A stretch of 64,000 nt of DNA, taken from an uncultured Syntrophales bacterium (GTDB taxonomy: Bacteria; Desulfobacterota; Syntrophia; Syntrophales; JADFWA01). Numbering within the stretch: position 1 is the first letter of the stretch; each line of letters opens with the position of its first letter. Made by a program: the position numbers and the translations under genes. The notes below the pieces were generated by a model that worked only from the letters and a program-made list of their open reading frames with translations, had not been told where the DNA came from and searched no databases. The stretch covers positions 74 to 64,073 of the forward strand of contig CAYVXX010000003.1 in NCBI GenBank assembly GCA_964454305.1. The letters are read 5' to 3'. Shown in pieces: positions 55,049-64,000 of the stretch.

Positions 55049-55675
55049 TTACTCGGGATGAACGAGGTCTTTTTTCCCCGCAAGAAGTCGATGAAGAACA
55101 GTTATATTTGTTAAAAAAACGAGTAATATCAATGTTCCAATAAAGATACATTCCGGATATTCTGGGAAATATCGCCCTATTGGGCCGTTTAAGAGTGAGC
55201 CGGAGGCCAGCAGAAAAAATCGTTCGGGTCTCTGCATAAGACCGACAACCCTTGTCCGCCCTAATGACTCGGCACGGGCCTTTACATAACTGACCATTAT
55301 CGATCCCATCAGGGCAAGCATGACCACATAGAAAATAAATCGATCATGGTAATATACCATTAGGCCGAAATATATGAAAAATTCAGCGTAACGATCCAGT
55401 GTTGAATCGAGTAAGGCGCCAAATTTGGTCGATTGTCCTGTAAGACGCGCGATAGCACCGTCAAGCGTATCTGTGAATCCAGATAATAAAAGAAAAATTC
55501 CTCCCGCAAAAAACAATCCAAAAGCGTAAAAACACCCCGAAAAAAATGATAGACCCAATGATATTATAGAGATTGTATTGGGCGAAACGCCTTTGTCCGC
55601 CAGCGGTCTTACACATCTTTGGAGGAGATCGTAATATTTTGTAATCAGCCGGCTGCGCGCTTCAGTGAAGTTCAT
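55049..55675 (-). CDS. CDP-alcohol phosphatidyltransferase (phosphatidylinositol-phosphate-synthase-like)
   Basis: Complete signature D-x2-D-G-x2-A-R-x8-G-x3-D-x3-D in DTLDGAIARLTGQSTKFGALLDSTLDRYAE. 208 aa, about 6 TM helices. Neighbour of MIPS. Confidence 0.85.
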   Translation of the reverse strand: MNFTEARSRLITKYYDLLQRCVRPLADKGVSPNTISIISLGLSFFSGCFYAFGLFFAGGIFLLLSGFTDTLDGAIARLTGQSTKFGALLDSTLDRYAEFFIYFGLMVYYHDRFIFYVVMLALMGSIMVSYVKARAESLGRTRVVGLMQRPERFFLLASGSLLNGPIGRYFPEYPECIFIGTLILLVFLTNITVLHRLLAGKKDLVHPE

Positions 55676-55813
55676 GGGTCAATTTATCTATGTTTTTAAT
55701 AGTGGTTATTATTTGTGTCGATATACAGATTTTATGACACTTCAATATCGAATATTATCCATCTTATGTCAAATCATTGTTGATCTATGTTTCAAGATTG
55801 CACAATGCTTTGA

Positions 55814-56041
55814 TTACTTTTCAAGATCTTTTGCCTTTTCCTCGAATTCTGTTTTATCTATTTCTCCTTTAGCGTAGCGGCGTTTGAGAATATCCATAGG
55901 GTCGTCTCTTTTTTCAACCCGTTCACTTGATTGAGATACAAGCCATTTCACTAAAACAACGACTAATACGATAAGAATTATCCAGAAAAAGAACATTCCG
56001 ATGCCTCCTCCCCATCCCATCATGTCAGGATACCAATGCAT
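55814..56041 (-). CDS. small membrane protein with SHOCT domain
   Basis: One TM helix (FFWIILIVLVVVLVKWL), then ILKRRYAKGEIDKTEFEEK, a SHOCT motif. Confidence 0.6.
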   Translation of the reverse strand: MHWYPDMMGWGGGIGMFFFWIILIVLVVVLVKWLVSQSSERVEKRDDPMDILKRRYAKGEIDKTEFEEKAKDLEK

Positions 56042-56111
56042 TATCTCTATCCTCCTTTGTCTATTTTTAAATATAGGGCCAGTCTTTATGCCGTTGCCGG
56101 AGCGTTTTTCC

Positions 56112-56264
56112 TCACGCTGATAGCTTCTTTGCTATTCTGGCAACATGTTCGCCCTGGAAACGCGCCCCGGCAAGTTCGTTATCACTGGGCGACCGGCTGC
56201 CATCTGCACCGGCAATGGTCGAGGCGCCATATGGCGAACAGCCGCTGATCTCTTCCGTTATCAT
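56112..56264 (-). CDS. hypothetical 50-aa protein
   Basis: GAGGAG RBS 6 nt before the ATG at 56264, which lies 9 nt after the stop of the upstream membrane-protein gene. No recognisable family. Confidence 0.25.
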   Translation of the reverse strand: MITEEISGCSPYGASTIAGADGSRSPSDNELAGARFQGEHVARIAKKLSA

Positions 56265-56275
56265 AGCATTCTCCT

Positions 56276-56686
56276 CTATAGCCTGAACAGGTGCCTGAAC
56301 AGAGGGAAGCCTGTACCGTTTGGATCGGAGCCTTGAATGGCCTCCATCTGGAGGAACCACGCCGTTGCGCACGCTATTATGATGTACGAATACGTGGAGA
56401 TGTAGAAAACCGGCTTGTTCGTTATCTGCGTTGTACCCTCAAACGTGGCCTTAGCCATTACATCAAGTGAGTATTTATTGAGCGCAAGCCAGAGGAAGAA
56501 AAGTACGTATGGTACGTAGTGAAGCCACGCCATGAAGACTCCGGCCAGGAGACCGACGATGATCATAATTGGTAGTTTCAGCCAGCTGTTACGGGTTGCG
56601 GCATTGATAATCGGGGGAAGGGCGAAGTGGAAGATCGCAAGTATTGAAAGACTTTTCAGCAACCACAGACCCAGGTTCAGCAACAT
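56276..56686 (-). CDS. hypothetical integral membrane protein
   Basis: 136 aa with about 4 hydrophobic helices. No recognisable motif. Confidence 0.4.
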   Translation of the reverse strand: MLLNLGLWLLKSLSILAIFHFALPPIINAATRNSWLKLPIMIIVGLLAGVFMAWLHYVPYVLFFLWLALNKYSLDVMAKATFEGTTQITNKPVFYISTYSYIIIACATAWFLQMEAIQGSDPNGTGFPLFRHLFRL

Positions 56687-56764
56687 AGGTCCTCCATTCT
56701 TATTAAAACGAAGCGCTGCCGGTCATCTGTGGCAAAAGTTGTGAAGCTCCCCGCTTTTACCTAT

Positions 56765-57115
56765 TTATAATTCCGGAATGCCCGATGGAATAAGACAGAC
56801 AAAGACCAGCAAATCTTTCCCTGAATTTCTTATCTGATGTTCTTCACCTTCAGGCATAAAGATAACTGTGCCGCTTTGTATAGCTTTCCATTGGTCATTG
56901 ATAAGTATTTCGCCTTTCCCGGAGTGAACAAATATTTCATGCTCCCATTCGTGGGAATGTGCCGGCGTATGTCCTCCGGGAGCGATCTCAAAAATACGCA
57001 TACAGAAATTTTTCGCGCCATCATTTTTTCCGATGGCGACGCGTCCAGTGACACCTTTCATTTTATCGTTGTCAAAATAGGTTGATTCAACTTCGGTATA
57101 TGGCATTACTTTCAT
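56765..57115 (-). CDS. cupin-domain protein
   Basis: Cupin motifs GGHTPAHSHEWEHEIFVHSGKG ... GTVIFMPEGEEHQIRN. GGAGG RBS 6 nt before the ATG at 57115, preferred over the long form from 57199. Confidence 0.8.
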   Translation of the reverse strand: MKVMPYTEVESTYFDNDKMKGVTGRVAIGKNDGAKNFCMRIFEIAPGGHTPAHSHEWEHEIFVHSGKGEILINDQWKAIQSGTVIFMPEGEEHQIRNSGKDLLVFVCLIPSGIPEL

Positions 57116-57223
57116 GGTATCCTCCAAAAATAATCTATCATCTGCTGTGAAGTTCGGTGCTGCTGACAAGCAGAAAAATAAAAATTCCATTGAGAGCACA
57201 ATTACCAGGCGATTCGAGGAGGC

Positions 57224-57736
57224 CTATTCTTCGCTGATTGTTACTTTCTTCATCTTATCGCCCTCCCGGATTGTATCCACAACATCTAAGCCCTGTATTA
57301 CTTTCCCAAAGACTGTATGATTCCCATTCAAATGTGGCTGAGGCGAATGTGTTATAAAAAATTGACTGCCATTCGTGTTCGGACCGGAATTTGCCATAGA
57401 GATAACACCCCGCTTATGGATAAGGGGATTGCCTTTTACCTCATCTTCAAAGTTATAACCCGGGCCGCCACGGCCGGTCCCTGTCGGGTCACCTCCCTGG
57501 ATAACAAAATTACTGATCACTCGATGGAAGGACACGCCATTATAAAACCCCTCCCTGGATAAAAAGACAAAATTATTGACTGTTTTGGGCGCATGCTCCG
57601 GATAGAGCTCAAGTTCGATCATCCCTTTGCCAGTCTCGATTTGTGCTTTATATTTCTTGTCTTGATCTATTTGCATCTCCGGCGGACTGCCCCATTTTAT
57701 ATAAGACATATTCGATTCCTCCATTCCATTTGTCAT
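57224..57736 (-). CDS. cyclophilin-type peptidyl-prolyl cis-trans isomerase
   Basis: [25 protein letters not shown] ... [20 protein letters not shown]. Confidence 0.9.
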   Translation of the reverse strand: MTNGMEESNMSYIKWGSPPEMQIDQDKKYKAQIETGKGMIELELYPEHAPKTVNNFVFLSREGFYNGVSFHRVISNFVIQGGDPTGTGRGGPGYNFEDEVKGNPLIHKRGVISMANSGPNTNGSQFFITHSPQPHLNGNHTVFGKVIQGLDVVDTIREGDKMKKVTISEE

Positions 57737-57852
57737 TAGTTTTTATGACCTCAATCAGGTTAGCAAATGTTATTAGGAGTTGCAACCTAATACAACGGCT
57801 CACAAGTCGCCGGGAATCATCGATAACAGAAAGTCCGAAGCGCGCGGAGGCA

Positions 57853-58650
57853 TCATATTGTGGGTCTGTTGGTGGCCATGTGGCGGCCGCCGTCGACGTT
57901 TAGCAGTGTGCCGGTAATCCAGGAGCTCTGTTCGGATGCAAAGAAAAGGGCGGCGTCCGCGATGTCGTGGGGTTTTCCACTTCTCCCCATCGGATGCAGG
58001 GGGCGTAACGTTTTCCAGAACTCCCGAACGTTCTCTTCGCCCACGGCAGGAGCGGCCAATTCCGTATCTTCGACAAGTGCCGGAAGAATACAGTTAACCC
58101 GGATATTATCCAGCGCATTCTCCATAGCCGCTGTCTGAGATATCACCTGCAGTGCCGCCTTGGAAGCACAGTAGATGCCCGAACCCGGAAACGCCTTGAT
58201 CCCGGCGATTGAGGAGATATTGATAATAGAGCCTCCTCCGGCCTTTTTCATGTAGGGCAAGACATGGACTATAAGCCGCCACGGCCCCCACGTATTAGTT
58301 TTCATCATCAAGTCCCAATCGGACATCGTTGTTTCCCCGAGCATTCCGAACCGCATAACCCCGGCATTATTTACGAGAATATCGATCCTGCCCATTTTTT
58401 CGGCGGCAGAAGAAAGCAGGTTTCTGATATCCTCTTCAACCGTCATGTCGGCCGAAACGCTCAAAATGCGTTCGCCGTGGGGCGAGATCGCCTTAGAACT
58501 CTCAATAAGTTTTTCGTTACGTCTGCCCGTAATCATTACGAACGCACCTTCATCGTGGAAACGTTTTGCTATGGCGCGGCCGATTCCCGTGCCGCCCCCC
58601 GTGATTACCGCTGTTTTATTCTCAAGTTGTCCCATTTTTGCCATCCTCAT
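57853..58650 (-). CDS. SDR-family oxidoreductase (FabG-like)
   Basis: VITGGGTGIGRAIA, NNAG, catalytic YCASKAAL. Confidence 0.85.
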   Translation of the reverse strand: MRMAKMGQLENKTAVITGGGTGIGRAIAKRFHDEGAFVMITGRRNEKLIESSKAISPHGERILSVSADMTVEEDIRNLLSSAAEKMGRIDILVNNAGVMRFGMLGETTMSDWDLMMKTNTWGPWRLIVHVLPYMKKAGGGSIINISSIAGIKAFPGSGIYCASKAALQVISQTAAMENALDNIRVNCILPALVEDTELAAPAVGEENVREFWKTLRPLHPMGRSGKPHDIADAALFFASEQSSWITGTLLNVDGGRHMATNRPTI

Positions 58651-58935
58651 CTAAGCTCGAGTGTGGTGGACATCTCGAGCCACTTATCATATACGGTTAT
58701 GAAACTGATAAATCGGGTCCGCGTGGAGATTCGAAAGAGGCATTATTTAATTCGTCCGAAAGATGTGTATGTGAGCTGGATAGAACGCTATATGTTTTTT
58801 ATAAGAAACGACATCCGCAGTATATGGAACAAAAATAAATTTCGCAATATCTTTCTTACCTTGTTGGATTATCTATCCTTTCCTCAAATTATTCATTGAT
58901 TACATTTTAACCTTCATGTTATATCTTTAGCCGTA

Positions 58936-60015
58936 ATGGCGCAGACTACGATGATAAAGAGAAAGAAGACAAAACCCGTTTACGTTGGCAATGTCCAGGT
59001 GGGTGGTGATGCACCCGTTGTTGTTCAGTCGATGACGTGTACCGATACCAGGGATGTCAAGGCGACCGTTGACCAGATCAAGAGACTTGAGGATGCGGGC
59101 TGTGAAATAATAAGGGTGGCCGTTCCCGACAGGGAGGCGGCGGAGGCACTGGCGGATATTAGAAAAGCTATGAGTGTTCCACTGATAGCGGACATTCATT
59201 TCAATCACCTGCTTGCTCTGGAAGCGATTAAAAACGGGGTTGACGGAATCAGGATAAATCCAGGCAATATCAGCAAGGATAAAATAAAAGAAGTCATCTC
59301 AGAAGCCGGTAAGAGAGATATAGTCATCCGCATAGGCATCAATGCGGGGTCTCTTGAGAAAGAAGTACTGTCAAAATACGGCGGTCCGACTTCTGCAGCC
59401 CTGGTGGAAAGCGCCCTCAATAATATCGCTCTCTTTGAGGATATGGGCTTTACTTCCATCAAGGTATCACTGAAGTCATCGGACGTTCCCACGATGGTGG
59501 AGTCCTATCGTTTAATATCGGAAAAGACAGATTATCCTCTCCATCTTGGTGTGACCGAGGCTGGGAGCATCGTCAATTCCAGTGTCAAATCATCCATAGG
59601 TATCGGGCTCCTTTTATATGAGGGAATTGGAGATACCATCAGGGTTTCCATCACCGGCGATCCTGTCGCTGAGGTGGACGTCGCCTACAGGATTTTAAGA
59701 GCCTTGAATATCAGAAGGGTAGGGCCGGACATTATATCCTGTCCGACCTGCGGGCGTTGCGAGATTGATCTTTTCAAGCTGGTTGAAGAGGTGGAAGACA
59801 AACTGGTCGGCATGAAGGAGTATCTGAAGATCGCCATCATGGGGTGTGTGGTTAATGGGCCCGGGGAGGCGGCTGAAGCCGACATAGGTATTGCCGGGGG
59901 TCGTGGTTTCGGCATGCTTTTTAGAAAGGGCGAGGCTGTAAGGAAAATAAGAGAAGAAGAGTTAGTTGATGTATTACTCGATGAGATAAAGAGGGAAGTT
60001 TTGAAGCAGGGCTGA
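58936..60015 (+). CDS. ispG: 4-hydroxy-3-methylbut-2-enyl diphosphate synthase (MEP pathway)
   Basis: Full-length GcpE pattern: [20 protein letters not shown] and GCVVNGPGE Fe-S cysteines. Confidence 0.95.
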   Translation: MAQTTMIKRKKTKPVYVGNVQVGGDAPVVVQSMTCTDTRDVKATVDQIKRLEDAGCEIIRVAVPDREAAEALADIRKAMSVPLIADIHFNHLLALEAIKNGVDGIRINPGNISKDKIKEVISEAGKRDIVIRIGINAGSLEKEVLSKYGGPTSAALVESALNNIALFEDMGFTSIKVSLKSSDVPTMVESYRLISEKTDYPLHLGVTEAGSIVNSSVKSSIGIGLLLYEGIGDTIRVSITGDPVAEVDVAYRILRALNIRRVGPDIISCPTCGRCEIDLFKLVEEVEDKLVGMKEYLKIAIMGCVVNGPGEAAEADIGIAGGRGFGMLFRKGEAVRKIREEELVDVLLDEIKREVLKQG

Positions 60016-60055
60016 AGTCCTGTGCTACATCTATTGTTCAGTTGAAGGAGAAGCG

Positions 60056-61786
60056 ATGCGTTATTCCGAGATGTTCTTGCCGACGGAAAGGGAAACACCT
60101 TCCGATGCAGAGGTTGTCAGCCACAGGCTTATGTTAAGATCAGGAATGATAAGAAAGTTGACCAGCGGGATTTATTCTTATCTTCCTCTGGGGTACAGGG
60201 TAATTAGAAAGGTGGAGCAGATTGTACGGGAAGAGATGAACAGATTTGGTGCGCAGGAGCTGTTCCTTCCCGCCGTACAGCCGGCTGAACTCTGGCAGGA
60301 ATCCGGCCGCTGGCAGCAGTACGGCAAAGAGCTTTTACGTTTCAGGGATCGCAACGACAGAGAATTCTGTATCGGTCCGACCCATGAGGAGGTAATAACC
60401 GATCTTGTGCGCAACGAGCTGAAGACCTACCGCCAGCTTCCCAAAAATCTATATCAGATACAGACAAAATTTCGTGATGAGATAAGACCGAGGTTCGGGG
60501 TCATGCGGTGCCGGGAATTCGAGATGAAGGATGCCTACAGCTTCGATGCGGACGAAGAAGGCGCCGAGATAAGTTATAATAAAATGTTTGAAGCCTACAA
60601 CAGAATTTTCAGCCGGTGTGGCCTTAAGTTCAGGGCGGTGGAGGCGGATACCGGAAACATAGGGGGCAGTTTTTCTCATGAGTTTATGGTGATTGCCGAT
60701 TCGGGGGAGGATGGCCTGGTTTTTTGCAGTTCCTGTCCCTATGCGGCAAATATGGAGAAAGCTGAAGTCGCCATGCCGGAAAAAAAGGCAGTTGAAAAAT
60801 CAGATTTTTTACTCATTGAAGAGGTGTATACCCCTGAGGTGCGAACGATTGAGGAAGTTTCCGCTTTTCTCGATGTTGTTCCGCGGGAAATTGTAAAGAC
60901 ATTGATATTTCTGGTTGATGGATGGCCGATTGCCGTTCTTATAAGGGGAGATGAGGATGTAAACGAGGCAAAGCTTAGAAATTATCTTAAGTGTGATACT
61001 CTTGAACTGGCTACTGACGATATTATTAAAGAAGTCACCGGTTCTCCCAGGGGATTTGCCGGACCTATCAACATAAAATCGAAGATTATCGCCGACTATT
61101 CTTTTATAAATATGACTAATTGTGTCGTTGGAGCAAACAGAGAAAATTATCATATAAAGAATGCCAATATCGGCAGGGATTTTGAGGTGAAGGAATTTGC
61201 CGATTTGAGGCTTGTCAAGGAGACGGACAGATGCCCCCGCTGTGAGAGCCCGCTCAAGTTTGTGAGGGGTATCGAGGTGGGTCATGTCTTCAAATTGGGG
61301 ACAAAATACAGCGAGGCAATGAGGGCTACCTATCTCGATAAAGACGGTAAAGAGAAGTATATGATTATGGGGTGTTATGGAATAGGTATTGGAAGGACGG
61401 CTGCGGCAAGCATCGAGCAGAATTACGATGATAACGGAATTATATGGCCTGTCTCGATAGCCCCCTTTCAGGTTATTATAACGCCCGTAAATATGAAAAA
61501 TGAGGAGCTTTTAAAGACAGCCGAGAAACTATATGAAAATCTCAAGGGGAAGGGAATTGAAGTTATCCTCGATGATAGAGACGAAAGGCCGGGAGTGAAA
61601 TTCAACGATGCCGATCTGATAGGGATTCCACTCAGAATTACCATTGGTCCAAAGAGGCTCGCGGAGGGAAGGGTAGAGGTTAAGATAAGAAAGACCGGTG
61701 AGGTCAAAATATTTTTACTGGATGAAGTCGAAGCATTCGTCGTCGATTGGGTGCATTCGGAAATGGCAGGGCAGGAATCGGAATAA
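60056..61786 (+). CDS. proS: prolyl-tRNA synthetase (bacterial type with editing insertion)
   Basis: Class II motifs ([34 protein letters not shown]) and a C-terminal anticodon-binding domain. 576 aa. Confidence 0.95.
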   Translation: MRYSEMFLPTERETPSDAEVVSHRLMLRSGMIRKLTSGIYSYLPLGYRVIRKVEQIVREEMNRFGAQELFLPAVQPAELWQESGRWQQYGKELLRFRDRNDREFCIGPTHEEVITDLVRNELKTYRQLPKNLYQIQTKFRDEIRPRFGVMRCREFEMKDAYSFDADEEGAEISYNKMFEAYNRIFSRCGLKFRAVEADTGNIGGSFSHEFMVIADSGEDGLVFCSSCPYAANMEKAEVAMPEKKAVEKSDFLLIEEVYTPEVRTIEEVSAFLDVVPREIVKTLIFLVDGWPIAVLIRGDEDVNEAKLRNYLKCDTLELATDDIIKEVTGSPRGFAGPINIKSKIIADYSFINMTNCVVGANRENYHIKNANIGRDFEVKEFADLRLVKETDRCPRCESPLKFVRGIEVGHVFKLGTKYSEAMRATYLDKDGKEKYMIMGCYGIGIGRTAAASIEQNYDDNGIIWPVSIAPFQVIITPVNMKNEELLKTAEKLYENLKGKGIEVILDDRDERPGVKFNDADLIGIPLRITIGPKRLAEGRVEVKIRKTGEVKIFLLDEVEAFVVDWVHSEMAGQESE

Positions 61787-61788
61787 AA

Positions 61789-63969
61789 ATGATGGTCCGT
61801 ATAACCGATATTACAGATAAGGCTCAAAGATATCTCTTTCCAGCTGATCTGGAGATAATAGAGAAGGCGTATATTTTTTGCGCTTCTGTTCACAAGGGAC
61901 AGGTTCGCCTCTCAGGAGAACCTTATCTGAGACACCCTCTGGAAGTGGCGGGAATACTGGTCGATCTGAACCTGGATTTGTCATCCATAGTGACCGGTTT
62001 GCTCCATGACACGGTGGAGGATACTCTGGTGACCCTTGAGCAGGTGGAGGAGGCATTTGGCAAGGAAGTTGCCTTTCTCGTGGACGGTCTGACCAAGATA
62101 AGCAAAATAACTTTTGGAAGCAGAGAGGAACAGCAGGCAGAAAATTTCAGGAAGATGATTCTGGCGATGTCTTCCGATATCAGGGTACTTCTCATTAAAT
62201 TAGCGGACAGGATTCACAATATGAGGACCCTTGAGTTTCAGACTCCGGAAAAGCAGCAGTTTATCGCCAGGGAGACTCTTGAGTTGTATGCGCCGCTGGC
62301 CAATCGCCTTGGCATTAACTGGATGAAAACGGAGATGGAGGATCTTTCATTCAGATACCTCTATCCCGAAGATTACCACGATCTGGCAAAGCTGGTCGTA
62401 AAAGGAAAAGACAAAAGGAAAAAGTATACTGAAGAGGTAAAAAACATAATACTAAAAGAGATGTCAAGTTTCGGGCTGAAATGTAAGGTCGAGGGCAGGG
62501 CAAAGCATTTTTACGGTATATTCAAAAAGATGGAGGAGCAGCATATAAGTTTTGATGAGGTCTATGATCTTACAGCCTTCAGGATAATACTTGATTCCAA
62601 TAGAGAAAAGGAATGTTATGAGGTGCTGAGTGTCGTTCATTCCCTCTGGAAACCGGTCCCGGGGCGCTTTAAGGATTATATAGCTATGCCCAAGGGGAAC
62701 AATTATCAATCTCTGCACACGACAGTCATAGGTCCATACGGCGAAAGGGTGGAGATCCAGATCAGGACGATGGCAATGCACGAGTGGGCTGAAAAGGGCA
62801 TAGCGGCTCACTGGAGATATAAGGAGGGGGTACTCCCTAAAGAGGACGAGGGAGAGCAGATCGGGAAGATACGAGAACTGCTTGAGGTTCAGCAGGAACT
62901 CAAGGATCCCCGGGAGTTTATGACGAATCTGAGACTTGCCCTTTTCCCGGATGATGTCTATGTCTTCACTCCTCGTGGTGATGTAAGGTCTTTCCCCAAA
63001 GGAGCCACCCCCATAGATTTTGCTTACAGCATTCATACAGATGTTGGTAATCAGTGTACGGGAGCCAAGGTCAACAGAAGCATTGTTCCCCTGAGATATA
63101 AACTTCAGAATGGTGATACCGTAGAGATTATAACCCAGCAGGGTCATCATCCGAGTAAGGATTGGTTGAAATATGTTGCTACATCACGAGCAATATCGAA
63201 GATAAAGGAATGGATAAAGATTGAGGAGCGTAAAAGAAGCGTCGAGATTGGTAAAGATATCCTTGAAAAAGAGCTCAAAAAACATAAGCTTAAGTTAAGC
63301 CAGGTTCTCAAATCTGATGAGCTTAAGAAAGTTTATAAGGAATATTCGATAAATTCAGCCGATGATCTGATGGCGAGCGTCGGTTACGGAAAAATATCTG
63401 CCAAACATATAGCTAACCGTTACCTGCCTGAGGAGGAAAGAAAAACTGTTGATGTCGACCAGGAAAAGATAAAGAAAAAACCGAAACAGCCCTCTGCTGC
63501 AGGAGTTTCAATTACCGGGATCGATGATGTGATGGTGAGGTTTGCCAGGTGCTGTGATCCCTTGCCCGGTGATAATATTGTGGGTTACATTTCCAGGGGG
63601 AGGGGAATTTCCGTTCACATAGTAAATTGTCCCATGGTGCAGGAGATAGATCCTGAGAGATTGATTGATGTTCAATGGAGCATCAAGGAGAAACATGCAT
63701 ACCCGGTTCATATAAAAGTCAACTGCGGTGACAAGAAGGGACTCCTGGCCGAAATCAGTTCCGTTATATCATCTAAAGATGTTAATATAAATAACGCTCA
63801 TATTGATACGACTCCGGAAAAGACTGCAACCTGCGATTTTGAAATAGAGGTGAATGATCTGAAACACTTCAAGGAATTGGTTTCAGAGCTCAAAAAACTG
63901 AAGAGTGTATTGTCTGTTGAGAGGGTGGGGGGGACGTTTATTAAGCCGGAAAAGAAAAGAATTCATTAA
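61789..63969 (+). CDS. rel: bifunctional (p)ppGpp synthetase/hydrolase (long RSH)
   Basis: HD hydrolase (RHPLEVAGIL, LHDTVEDT), synthetase (YQSLHTTV), TGS (VFTPRGDV) and C-terminal ACT domain. ATG at 61789 lies 2 nt after the proS stop and is preferred over 61747. Confidence 0.95.
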   Translation: MMVRITDITDKAQRYLFPADLEIIEKAYIFCASVHKGQVRLSGEPYLRHPLEVAGILVDLNLDLSSIVTGLLHDTVEDTLVTLEQVEEAFGKEVAFLVDGLTKISKITFGSREEQQAENFRKMILAMSSDIRVLLIKLADRIHNMRTLEFQTPEKQQFIARETLELYAPLANRLGINWMKTEMEDLSFRYLYPEDYHDLAKLVVKGKDKRKKYTEEVKNIILKEMSSFGLKCKVEGRAKHFYGIFKKMEEQHISFDEVYDLTAFRIILDSNREKECYEVLSVVHSLWKPVPGRFKDYIAMPKGNNYQSLHTTVIGPYGERVEIQIRTMAMHEWAEKGIAAHWRYKEGVLPKEDEGEQIGKIRELLEVQQELKDPREFMTNLRLALFPDDVYVFTPRGDVRSFPKGATPIDFAYSIHTDVGNQCTGAKVNRSIVPLRYKLQNGDTVEIITQQGHHPSKDWLKYVATSRAISKIKEWIKIEERKRSVEIGKDILEKELKKHKLKLSQVLKSDELKKVYKEYSINSADDLMASVGYGKISAKHIANRYLPEEERKTVDVDQEKIKKKPKQPSAAGVSITGIDDVMVRFARCCDPLPGDNIVGYISRGRGISVHIVNCPMVQEIDPERLIDVQWSIKEKHAYPVHIKVNCGDKKGLLAEISSVISSKDVNINNAHIDTTPEKTATCDFEIEVNDLKHFKELVSELKKLKSVLSVERVGGTFIKPEKKRIH

Positions 63970-64000
63970 ACCCGAATCTCTCACTACGATACCTGCCGAA

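Noticed and set aside
1-64000. Transposases, integrases, tRNA-flanked island borders, prophage genes and toxin-antitoxin pairs, which would mark the cluster as a mobile island.
   Set aside because: No ORF in any frame shows DDE, tyrosine- or serine-recombinase or phage structural signatures, and no tRNA-like sequence was found. The only mobility hint is the short non-autonomous repeat family.

Overview
64-kb window from a Gram-negative, probably anaerobic bacterium; the lineage cannot be fixed from sequence alone. No rRNA, tRNA, CRISPR array, transposase or integrase was seen. Left edge (1-4.2 kb): Sir2 deacylase, secreted thioredoxin-fold protein, and an octahaem cytochrome c coupled to a membrane-anchored beta-propeller. 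Right edge (55.8-64 kb): small membrane/cupin/PPIase/SDR genes, then housekeeping ispG-proS-rel. The core (about 4.7-47.5 kb, perhaps to 55.7 kb) reads as one multi-operon lipid/glycolipid biosynthesis-and-export supercluster. (i) A 3008-aa type I PKS (KS-AT-DH-cMT-ER-KR-ACP) ends in an alpha-oxoamine synthase (serine-palmitoyltransferase-like) domain instead of a thioesterase. It is flanked by a GNAT-fold acyltransferase and a KDSR-like reductase. (ii) A stand-alone ACP plus fatty acyl-AMP ligase. (iii) A complete 2-aminoethylphosphonate pathway: PEP mutase fused to a nucleotidyltransferase, split phosphonopyruvate decarboxylase, AEP transaminase, an extra cytidylyltransferase-like gene and a LicD transferase. 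(iv) A Stealth hexose-1-phosphotransferase, two GT4 and two fucosyltransferase-superfamily-like proteins (one fused to an FkbM methyltransferase), a nucleotidyltransferase/PLP-enzyme fusion, and sugar-nucleotide dehydrogenase and GME-like epimerase genes. (v) A PAP2 membrane protein with the HYxxDV motif of sphingomyelin/IPC synthases. (vi) A flippase-like UPF0104 protein and a DevBCA-TolC exporter with two DevC paralogues and a DevA fused to a cNMP-binding domain. (vii) Nearby myo-inositol-1-phosphate synthase plus a CDP-alcohol phosphatidyltransferase. My main hypothesis is inference, not demonstrated: the locus makes a polyketide-extended, methyl-branched sphingoid-type lipid carrying phosphonate, phospho-sugar or inositol head groups, and exports it to the outer membrane. 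Other notable items are a Slam-like outer-membrane protein paired with a FecR/TbpB-like double-barrel protein, a frameshifted FIST sensor coupled to a PAS-GGDEF cyclase inside the cluster, and a short intergenic repeat family with a conserved CUUG-tetraloop hairpin.
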